NCBI GenBank assembly: GCA_002376885.1 | Contig: DFOW01000001.1 | Location: 15,381 to 79,380 of the forward strand | DNA from: Patescibacteria group bacterium UBA3531 | GTDB lineage: Bacteria; Patescibacteriota; Minisyncoccia; Phycocordibacterales; UBA3531 | Direction: 5' to 3' | DNA: 64,000 nt | Shown: positions 56,530 to 64,000 of the stretch, one piece after another | Numbering within the stretch: the first letter of the stretch is position 1 | Layout: every line of letters starts with the position of its first letter | The notes under the pieces: model-generated | The model's input: only the letters and a program-made list of their open reading frames with translations | What the model was told of the DNA's origin: nothing | Database searches by the model: none | Program-made: the position numbers and the translations under genes

Positions 56530-57603
56530 CTACCCAATTACTCCTCCACCTAAACACTCTTTACCTTTATAGAGCACTAACGACTGCCCACGAGCAATCC
56601 CTGTTTGAGGTTTTTTAAATTGTACGTAATATTTGCTTCCCTTCTTTTTAAGAATGCCTTTTACGAACTTCTGTCTGTACCGGCTTCTAGCAGAATATTC
56701 TTCATTTAAAGCAGGCGTCTTTCCTTCGGTCCAATTAGTGTCACCAAGAGAAACTTCTTTTACAGCACTCTCTTCTATATCTTTCTTCTCTGCAACAATG
56801 AGTTCATTCTTTTTTATATTTTTATCGACAATATAGTAGGGAGTATCATTTGGAGTTTTTTTGGTTACCGTAAAACCGTGTCGTTCACCGATTGTATAGA
56901 ACACTGCACCTTCATGCCAACCAATAACTTCTTTTTTAAGATTAAGAACATTCCCCTTCTTTGTTTTTATGTATCGTTTAAGGAATTTTTTAAAATTAAT
57001 TTTTCCTACAAAACAAAGTCCTTGGCTATCTTTTTTACGAGCTGTTACAAGTCCGCGCTTTTCTGCCTCACGTCTTACTGCACTTTTCTCTAAATGACCG
57101 ATAGGAAAAAGAGTGTGCTTAAGATGTTTTTGTTGTAGGTTCCATAAAAAGTACGTTTGATCTTTATTGTCGTCTTTGCCTTGATACAGACAGTACATGC
57201 CACCCTTTTCCTTCACTTGCGCATAATGCCCTGTTGCAACATAATCTGCCCCTTCTTTACGTGCCCACTTGAAAAATGCTCCAAACTTAATAGTTTTATT
57301 ACACATAACATCAGGGTTGGGAGTTTTACCTTTTTTGTATTCACTCAAAAGATAATCAATAACTTCTTTTTTATATTCTTTAGAGAGATTAATGGTTTTA
57401 AATGGAATATTTAAATGGGTTGCCACACGAAGCGCATCGAGTCTGTCTTCCTTCCATGGACACTCGAGGAACGGCGGATGCCAGGTTTTTATAAATACCC
57501 CAACCACATTAAAACTAGCCTCTTTTAAAAGGCTTGCCGAAAGTGAGCTGTCTACGCCACCAGACATGGCAACGTATACCGTTTTTGTCTCTTTTTTTGT
57601 CAC
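56530..57603 (-). CDS. mnmA: tRNA 2-thiouridylase MnmA
   Basis: AMSGGVDS, TPNPDVMCN, ATGHYA, KDQTYFL and DSQGLCF motifs. Confidence 0.97.
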   Translation of the reverse strand: MTKKETKTVYVAMSGGVDSSLSASLLKEASFNVVGVFIKTWHPPFLECPWKEDRLDALRVATHLNIPFKTINLSKEYKKEVIDYLLSEYKKGKTPNPDVMCNKTIKFGAFFKWARKEGADYVATGHYAQVKEKGGMYCLYQGKDDNKDQTYFLWNLQQKHLKHTLFPIGHLEKSAVRREAEKRGLVTARKKDSQGLCFVGKINFKKFLKRYIKTKKGNVLNLKKEVIGWHEGAVFYTIGERHGFTVTKKTPNDTPYYIVDKNIKKNELIVAEKKDIEESAVKEVSLGDTNWTEGKTPALNEEYSARSRYRQKFVKGILKKKGSKYYVQFKKPQTGIARGQSLVLYKGKECLGGGVIG

Positions 57604-57612
57604 GAGCCTACT

Positions 57613-58164
57613 TTATAGGGCGGCGATCTTTTTGTAAACCTCAAAGGTTGCTCGAGCATCAGAGAGTGCTGTATGAGCATTTTCGTTTACTACACCAAAG
57701 TGTTCACACAAACTCCTCATGGTGAATTTTTGAATAGAGTCATCGTCTTTAAGAGCTCCGAATGCAATAGAGGCAAGATCCCATTTATGGTAGTTCATCT
57801 CTTCTTTCATTCCATGTTCATGGAGAGCTTTTGCAATAAAGGCCCAGTCAAAGGATACATTTTGAGCAACAATAATGGCATCCTTTGTTTTTTCTGCTAG
57901 TGTCTTGATTGCGTCTTCTGGTTCAGTTGCAAAAAGCCATTCTGACTCTGAATATTTATTAACTCTCAGTGCCCCCGGTTCTGCGTCTTCAATTCGCTTT
58001 GGTTTTACTTTAATATCAAACTCTTCTATCTTTTCTACTTGAGGCTTTCCATCAGGGCCCGGTTCTTGTCGTGCAACAACACATCCGATTTCAATAATTT
58101 CGTGTTTTTGTGGGTTGGTTCCGGTTGTCTCCAAATCTAAAAAGACTAGTTTTGCTTTCTTCAT
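57613..58164 (-). CDS. DEDDh 3'-5' exonuclease (DnaQ-like)
   Basis: DLETTG, NVSFD and HTALSD motifs. Confidence 0.9.
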   Translation of the reverse strand: MKKAKLVFLDLETTGTNPQKHEIIEIGCVVARQEPGPDGKPQVEKIEEFDIKVKPKRIEDAEPGALRVNKYSESEWLFATEPEDAIKTLAEKTKDAIIVAQNVSFDWAFIAKALHEHGMKEEMNYHKWDLASIAFGALKDDDSIQKFTMRSLCEHFGVVNENAHTALSDARATFEVYKKIAAL

Positions 58165-58177
58165 TATTTTTAATTAG

Positions 58178-59134
58178 TTAGCGCAAATATTTTGCTTTAT
58201 TTGCTTTGTGGGTTTCAAAATCTTCTGCGTAATGAGTGACTCCGCTATTGTCTGAAAGGTAAAATAAGTACGGAGTTTCCTCATAATATATCGCAGCCTC
58301 AATTGAATCAAGCCCTGGGTTACTTATTGGGCCGATAGGAAGCCCTGCATATTTATATGTATTGTAAGGAGAATCAACTTCTAAATCATCGAGGGTAATA
58401 TCAAGACCATTAATATCTAAAATATAAGTAAAGACAGCATCTACTTGGAGTGGCATTCCAATTTCTAAACGCTTCCATAAAATTCCCGCGATCTTCTTTT
58501 TTGTTTCAAGTTGTCTTGCTTCTTCTTCAAGAAGTGATGCCATGATGATTACATCATTCCAATCAATTCCTTTTTCTTCTGCCGCTAATTGTAAATCTTT
58601 TGTTTTTTGTTTAAACGTTGTATTGAGTATTTCAATTACTTCGCTTGTTTGTTGTGTTGGAAGGACATAGTAAGTGTCTGGGAAAAGATACCCTTCAAGC
58701 GCTTGTGCTTCTTCTAAAAAGAGTTCTTTGTCAAATTCAGGGAGTGCATTTGCCAATACTCCTGCAACCTCTCTATTGTGTTGACCTTCAAAAATAGTTA
58801 CGCGTATTGGGTCGATTCCAAACGATCCGCGTGTTGTTCTCCATACCACCGTAAAAAGATTGTCTCTGTTAGGGAAAAAGTATGTCCCCCACAATACTCC
58901 AGAGTCCCCCGGCATAAGCACTGCAAACACTTTAAAAAGGAACTGATTTTTTATAACTCCTTCATCATCAAGTATTTTTGCCGCTTCAGAGAGCGTTGCA
59001 CCCTCTGGGACAATAACTACATCGTTTGTTGGAAAACTAAATGGTGCCGCCAAAAAAATTATATACACAAGAAAAACTCCGACAAAAAAGGACTTCAAAA
59101 AGGTTTTGTTGTAAAAAATAGCAGGTAATTTCAT
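58178..59134 (-). CDS. mltG: Endolytic transglycosylase MltG
   Basis: EGYLFPDTY, ASLLEEE, LQVDA and SPYNTY...GLP.GPISNPG motifs. Confidence 0.95.
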   Translation of the reverse strand: MKLPAIFYNKTFLKSFFVGVFLVYIIFLAAPFSFPTNDVVIVPEGATLSEAAKILDDEGVIKNQFLFKVFAVLMPGDSGVLWGTYFFPNRDNLFTVVWRTTRGSFGIDPIRVTIFEGQHNREVAGVLANALPEFDKELFLEEAQALEGYLFPDTYYVLPTQQTSEVIEILNTTFKQKTKDLQLAAEEKGIDWNDVIIMASLLEEEARQLETKKKIAGILWKRLEIGMPLQVDAVFTYILDINGLDITLDDLEVDSPYNTYKYAGLPIGPISNPGLDSIEAAIYYEETPYLFYLSDNSGVTHYAEDFETHKANKAKYLR

Positions 59135-60372
59135 TATCGTGGCAAATCTCGCGGTGGTTCTCCGGTTCGTGATGGCAACCGGTGAACCGTAGGGGTGGTT
59201 ACTACCTGTCCTGGCAAATGATAAATAGTTGCAAGTTCTTCGGTGCTCAAAACAATTGGTGTGCGTTCGTAAGGAGGATGGAAGAATGATCGTTTTTTGT
59301 ATGCATTAAAAATAATTCTTTTTCGTTTTGCGAGTCGCACCCCCATAAAATCTTCCCATGGATAGTCAAAGTCAGTTAAGTATTTACCGTTTGGTTTAAA
59401 GCCGTTCATGTCTTCTGAATTATATTGCTTAACCGCCATAATAATACCAGGCTTATTGTAGTGGTTCACCGCATCTTTTTTGTGTAAATAAATGCCACGC
59501 AAGCCGACGTCAAATGCTAGTTTTGAAAGACTTCTCTGGAGGCTTTTAATGACACGCTCTTCCCCAGGAGAAAGAAGTTTTGTATCGTACACAATTGTTT
59601 GCCCCGGTTTTGCTTCTGGCTTGCGTAATTTTTTAACAAGTTCTTCTCCCTCTTTTTTCCAATCACGTCCCTTGTTCCACCATGTTTTTCCATATTTCTT
59701 CTCTGAGGCACGAACTAGTATTTGAAACCATAACTGTTCTCCTTTCCCAATTGATCCAAAAAATTCAATAAAGGGAGTGAGGGGGTCCACTTTTTCTATC
59801 TCTTCTTTTGATCCCTTTTTATCGAGCTCATAATCAATATACGTTCTAATTGGATAGGCGTCTGCTTCTGTATGTTTAAATTCTGTTCCCCACACATCCC
59901 AGTCTGATCCATCTTCTCCAAAATTAACTCCGTGAGTATAGTCATCAACTTCTTGAATCTCGATATTTGGATATTGAGAATAAAAGTGTGATTGAATTAG
60001 TTTTGAATGAAATTTTTGTGTGTATACAAAAAAGTGCACAGAGCCCTCTATTGAAACAATTTCAAGTGAGAACCATGCACGAACTTTTCCATTCCACCAC
60101 TGGTCTACCCATGACCCTTTTGAGGTTTGATGCAAAATGGTAAGAGCAAGCTCCATTGCTTGTGGAGACTTTTCAATCTCTTGGGGAAGTTTAATTTCAA
60201 GAAGCACCCACTCCATCTCATGAATAAAGTGTGCGACTACATAGTTTTTCCACACAACCATAAAAACTCCAAACGCCGCAATAGGAATTAAGTACGGTGC
60301 AAAAAGTACAAGTATGTCGTATGTGTCTCCAAAAATTGCAATGATTTCTGGAGGAACAAAATCAAAAAGCAT
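59134..60372 (-). CDS. Conserved hypothetical membrane-anchored protein
   Basis: N-terminal TM helix; FSLEIVS..G, SQYP and LSTEELATIYHLP motifs, a pattern often seen in CPR proteins. Confidence 0.75.
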   Translation of the reverse strand: MLFDFVPPEIIAIFGDTYDILVLFAPYLIPIAAFGVFMVVWKNYVVAHFIHEMEWVLLEIKLPQEIEKSPQAMELALTILHQTSKGSWVDQWWNGKVRAWFSLEIVSIEGSVHFFVYTQKFHSKLIQSHFYSQYPNIEIQEVDDYTHGVNFGEDGSDWDVWGTEFKHTEADAYPIRTYIDYELDKKGSKEEIEKVDPLTPFIEFFGSIGKGEQLWFQILVRASEKKYGKTWWNKGRDWKKEGEELVKKLRKPEAKPGQTIVYDTKLLSPGEERVIKSLQRSLSKLAFDVGLRGIYLHKKDAVNHYNKPGIIMAVKQYNSEDMNGFKPNGKYLTDFDYPWEDFMGVRLAKRKRIIFNAYKKRSFFHPPYERTPIVLSTEELATIYHLPGQVVTTPTVHRLPSRTGEPPRDLPR

Positions 60373-60386
60373 GTGCTTATTATACC

Positions 60387-61427
60387 CTAGACAGGCTTGT
60401 AGCGACCACTCTTGTCCTTCTTAAAGTACTTACTGTTTTGTAAGTTAACAAGAATAGTGTTTTCTTTTACGTGTCGTTCTTTAAGAACCTTATCTACAAT
60501 GTCTTCTTTTTTAAGCGGTCCTTCTTCGTTCAAAATATCTTTAATAACATCACGTACCACACCGCGTTCATACCCCCATTCTCGCAAGGCATAGAGTCCT
60601 CGTCCCACCAAAACAAAACGCTTATCTTTAATGAGTTCGTTGTGGACTGTTGCTTGGTGTGCCTTTTTACCAAATCGTTCAGTGATTGAGCTTGCAACTT
60701 CAGTAAAGTGCATTGGCGAACCATGGTCACGAATCACCAAGTACGCTAAGTCGCGAACCCCTCGCGCTTTTACATTTGGTGAGTGTGATACTCCCCATTC
60801 TCCCAATGGATTTTGACCAATAAACTTAGCGAGAGTAAGCCATCGCTTTGCAATTTCCTCATCGCGAAGATCTTTCATCTCTTTACGCAAGTGTGTCATG
60901 AACTTACTTACAATATCAGTGCCAGACACAAGATCATCGTCTGAGAGCTCTTTGTAAAGATTTTTAAGTCCTTTGTGTACCTTTTCTGCTAGATCTTCAT
61001 CAACAGTCCAACGATGGAAAAAGTCATCGTCTTCGCGGAGTTTTTCAAAATAATCTCCAAGAACAAGCAAGAAGTGCACATGATTTTGGAAACCTTGATC
61101 TTCTGAAAGATGGTCTAAATAACTACTTTCTTTTACCACCTTCCCATAATCATCCATTGAATCACGAAGTTCTTCAAAAAAGGGTTCTGCCTTAACGAAT
61201 TCGTCTGAACGACGAATGGTTGAGAGGGAAAAGTTTTCAATCTGACGAACTCGCTCTCGAGTAATACCATACTCTTTTCCGATTGCTTCAAGCGTTTGCC
61301 TTTCCGTTTCAGCCCCCAAGCCATAGCGCTTTTTCATGATGTCTTGTGCGCGCTCAGAAAGCGTCCCCAAAAGTTCTTTGGTAACTGCCTTTGGTTTGAA
61401 TGATAGAATTACACTACTTTTTGGCAT
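60387..61427 (-). CDS. Sigma70 region-4-like HTH plus C-terminal winged HTH (HARE-HTH-like) protein
   Basis: TLEAIGKEYGITRERVRQIE; PMHF.EV...TVHNELI...RFVLVGRGLYAL. Confidence 0.8.
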   Translation of the reverse strand: MPKSSVILSFKPKAVTKELLGTLSERAQDIMKKRYGLGAETERQTLEAIGKEYGITRERVRQIENFSLSTIRRSDEFVKAEPFFEELRDSMDDYGKVVKESSYLDHLSEDQGFQNHVHFLLVLGDYFEKLREDDDFFHRWTVDEDLAEKVHKGLKNLYKELSDDDLVSGTDIVSKFMTHLRKEMKDLRDEEIAKRWLTLAKFIGQNPLGEWGVSHSPNVKARGVRDLAYLVIRDHGSPMHFTEVASSITERFGKKAHQATVHNELIKDKRFVLVGRGLYALREWGYERGVVRDVIKDILNEEGPLKKEDIVDKVLKERHVKENTILVNLQNSKYFKKDKSGRYKPV

Positions 61428-61526
61428 ATTTGTACACTATTTTTAGCATTATTTATATCTCTCGTCAACCCTGTCAAATAATTTTGGGGACAAAATTAGC
61501 TTCGCTATTTGACAGGGTCAAGCCTA

Positions 61527-63965
61527 TCACACCACAATGTTGATAATCTTCCCTTCCACATAGATCACCTTTTTAATCTCCTTTCCGTCTGTCCATTTTT
61601 TAATAACAGGAAGAGCAAGTGCTTCTTCTTTAACATCTTCTTCTTTTGTGTCCGTTTTGACCGTAAGTGTCTCTCTTACCTTCCCATTTACCTGGACAGC
61701 GAGCGCATATGATTCCTCTTGTAAGTGCTTTTCGTCTGCAACCGGCCAGGCACTTGTGTGCACAGAACCTTCTCCTCCTACTATTTCCCACAATTCCTCT
61801 GCCATATGTGGTGCAAAAGGAGCAAGAACTTGAACAAATAATTTTTTATCTTCTTTTGTCGCTCCTGTTTTTTTAAAGGTATTTACACAAATCATCATTT
61901 GAGACACAGCAGTATTAAAATCCATATTCTCAATATCGTCGCTCACTTTTTTGATAGTTTTATGAAGGGTAGCCTTATATTCATCAGTTTCTTTGTCTTC
62001 TGCTACAACTACACCCCAGGCGCGTTCTAAAAACTTCCGAGCACCAAGAATATCTTGAGTGCTCCATGCAATAGCTTGGTCAAATGGCCCCATAAACATT
62101 TCATATACCCGCAAAGTGTCTGCCCCGTATTGTGTAACCACATCATCCGGGTTAACAACATTTCCTTTTGATTTAGACATTTTTACCCCGCCTTCTGCCA
62201 AAATAAGTCCATGAGCTGTACGTTTTTTATAGGGCTCTTCAGTTGGCACTGCCCCAATGTCATATAAAAACTGGTTCCAAAAGCGCGAGTAAAGAAGATG
62301 GAGTGTTGTGTGTTCCATTCCTCCGTTATACCAATCTACTGGCATCCACTGTTTTAATAACTCTTTGCTTGCAAGCTCAGTATCATTTTTTGGATCAATG
62401 TAGCGCAAAAAGTACCATGAAGACCCTGCCCAGTTTGGCATTACGTCAGTCTCTCTTTTTGCGGGACCCTTACATTCTGGACACTCTACATTCACCCATT
62501 CTTCAATGTTTGCCAGTGGTGATTCTCCATCGTCTGTTGGTTCATATTTTTCCACATCAGGAAGCTCAAGCGGGAGCTCATTTTCTGGTACAGGAACCAT
62601 TCCGCACTTGTTGCAGTAAATAATAGGAATAGGTTCTCCCCAATACCTTTGCCGAGAGAATACCCAATCACGAAGTTTATACGTTGTTTTTAACTCCCCT
62701 CCTGCTTTTTTAGTAATTTTTTCTTTGGCTTCTCCGTTTGAAATACCATTGAATTCTCCTGAATTTGTAAGGTTTCCTTCTCCAGTCCAACATTCAACTT
62801 TTATTTTATTATCTAGGTGCCCAAATGCTGGGGCCCCTGGTACAGGATCTGGAATTGGTTGGGGTGGCTCAATAACAGAAACAATAGGAAGATTGAACTT
62901 TTTAGCAAATTCATAATCACGCTCGTCGTGTCCCGGTACCGCCATAATGGCTCCTGTCCCATATTCATAGAGGACATAATCGGCAACCCAAATAGGAATC
63001 TCTTCTCTGTTTACAGGATTAACGGCCTTCAAACCTTTTAACTCAACGCCAGTTTTTTCTTTTGTTTCATCAGTTCTATCTTGTTCGGTCTTTTTGGATG
63101 CTTCTTTTATATAAGTAGAAACCTCATCAAAATTCTCTAACGTGGTATGGAGTTCTCCTATTAGTGGATGTTCTGGGGCAAGTACTACATAGGTTGCTCC
63201 ATATAAAGTATCTGGTCGTGTTGTAAATACCTTTATTTCTTTATCGGTATCTTTGATTTTAAACGAAAGCTCTGCTCCTTCGCTTTTTCCAATCCAATTT
63301 CTTTGCTGAATTTTTATTGGCTCAAGATAATCAAGATTATCCAAATTATTTAAAAGTCGTTCGGCATGCGCGGTAATCTTTAACATCCATTGTTCTTTGT
63401 CTCGTTTTTCTGTTTCTCCCCCACAACGCTCGCACCTGCCTTCAATCACCTCTTCATTGGCAAGTCCAATCTTGCACGACAAACACCAGTTAATAGGCAT
63501 CTTTGCTTTATATGCCAAGTCTTTTTTAAAAAGCTGTAAAAAGATCCACTGTGTCCATTTGTAATATGACGGATCGGTAGTATTTATTTCCCTATCCCAA
63601 TCAAATGACACTCCTATAGACTGGACTTGCCTTCTATAATTATCAGTATTTTTTTTAGTAACTTCTTTAGGGTGAACTCCTGTTTTTATAGCAAAATTCT
63701 CAGTCGGTAATCCAAAGGCATCCCACCCAAAAGGGTACAGAACATTAAAGCCTTCCATCCTCCTTTTACGAGAAATAATATCAAGTGCCACATACGGCCT
63801 TACATGACCCGTATGGAGTCCGTCTCCTGAAGGATAAGGAAACTCTACAAGAGCATAATATTTTTCTTTTTTAGATGAGTCGCTCGCAGAATAGGTTTTA
63901 TCCTCAAGCCACTTCTTTTGCCACTTCTTTTCTATTTTTGTATGGTCGTATGATTTCTGTGACAT
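61527..63965 (-). CDS. leuS: Leucine--tRNA ligase
   Basis: FPYPSG..LHTGH, GWDAFGLP, FTTRPDT, SRQRYWG and KMSKS motifs. Confidence 0.98.
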   Translation of the reverse strand: MSQKSYDHTKIEKKWQKKWLEDKTYSASDSSKKEKYYALVEFPYPSGDGLHTGHVRPYVALDIISRKRRMEGFNVLYPFGWDAFGLPTENFAIKTGVHPKEVTKKNTDNYRRQVQSIGVSFDWDREINTTDPSYYKWTQWIFLQLFKKDLAYKAKMPINWCLSCKIGLANEEVIEGRCERCGGETEKRDKEQWMLKITAHAERLLNNLDNLDYLEPIKIQQRNWIGKSEGAELSFKIKDTDKEIKVFTTRPDTLYGATYVVLAPEHPLIGELHTTLENFDEVSTYIKEASKKTEQDRTDETKEKTGVELKGLKAVNPVNREEIPIWVADYVLYEYGTGAIMAVPGHDERDYEFAKKFNLPIVSVIEPPQPIPDPVPGAPAFGHLDNKIKVECWTGEGNLTNSGEFNGISNGEAKEKITKKAGGELKTTYKLRDWVFSRQRYWGEPIPIIYCNKCGMVPVPENELPLELPDVEKYEPTDDGESPLANIEEWVNVECPECKGPAKRETDVMPNWAGSSWYFLRYIDPKNDTELASKELLKQWMPVDWYNGGMEHTTLHLLYSRFWNQFLYDIGAVPTEEPYKKRTAHGLILAEGGVKMSKSKGNVVNPDDVVTQYGADTLRVYEMFMGPFDQAIAWSTQDILGARKFLERAWGVVVAEDKETDEYKATLHKTIKKVSDDIENMDFNTAVSQMMICVNTFKKTGATKEDKKLFVQVLAPFAPHMAEELWEIVGGEGSVHTSAWPVADEKHLQEESYALAVQVNGKVRETLTVKTDTKEEDVKEEALALPVIKKWTDGKEIKKVIYVEGKIINIVV

Positions 63966-64000
63966 AATGTCGCAAAATTATACCACACTTTTTAGTTCTT

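Noticed and set aside
1-64000. Genome-wide stop-codon reassignment (code 25 or 15)
   Set aside because: Conserved genes end properly at TGA (infA, grpE, scpA) and TAG (mraY, aspS, dnaJ, rpsM); only one small gene has internal TAGs.
1-64000. tRNA or rRNA genes and transposases
   Set aside because: No cloverleaf, rRNA-like stretch or transposase motif recognised by eye; tRNAscan-SE and ISEScan would be needed to exclude them formally.

Overview
Bacterial chromosome segment in genetic code 11, most consistent with a Patescibacteria/CPR (Parcubacteria-like) genome. This is inferred from the shortened AspRS and AlaRS, the gene order and typical CPR hypothetical genes. The AT-rich backbone lies almost entirely on the minus strand. 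It carries cell-wall and division genes (M23 peptidase, murG, ftsW, mraY, dacA-like, scpAB, mltG), aminoacyl-tRNA synthetases (gltX, aspS, two trpS, alaS, leuS), the infA-rpmJ-rpsM-rpsK-rpsD-rpoA-rplQ-rplM-rpsI-grpE-dnaK-dnaJ block, mnmA and a DEDDh exonuclease. Two accessory regions interrupt it. The first (about 9.8-17.6 kb) holds small GC-rich single-gene units, two toxin-antitoxin modules, and a GNAT and an ABC exporter that each sit behind a uORF-plus-terminator leader. The second (about 20.7-42.8 kb) lies between the two trpS genes and holds the best novel-system candidate: an acyl-ACP-reductase-like enzyme translationally coupled to three 7TM histidine kinases, flanked by four kinase-less 7TM paralogues, with no response regulator in the window. 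Nearby are two PlsC-type acyltransferases, an MMPL transporter, a LolA-like protein, a T-box riboswitch with an atypical Stem I controlling a GCS2-family ligase, and an operon of a probable Fe-S TrpRS with a chorismate-mutase/methyltransferase fusion. Many core genes appear leaderless (-10 box exactly 6 nt before the start codon), whereas the GC-rich units use strong Shine-Dalgarno sites. No rRNA, tRNA, CRISPR array or transposase was recognised. All family assignments come from motif recognition by eye, not from database searches.
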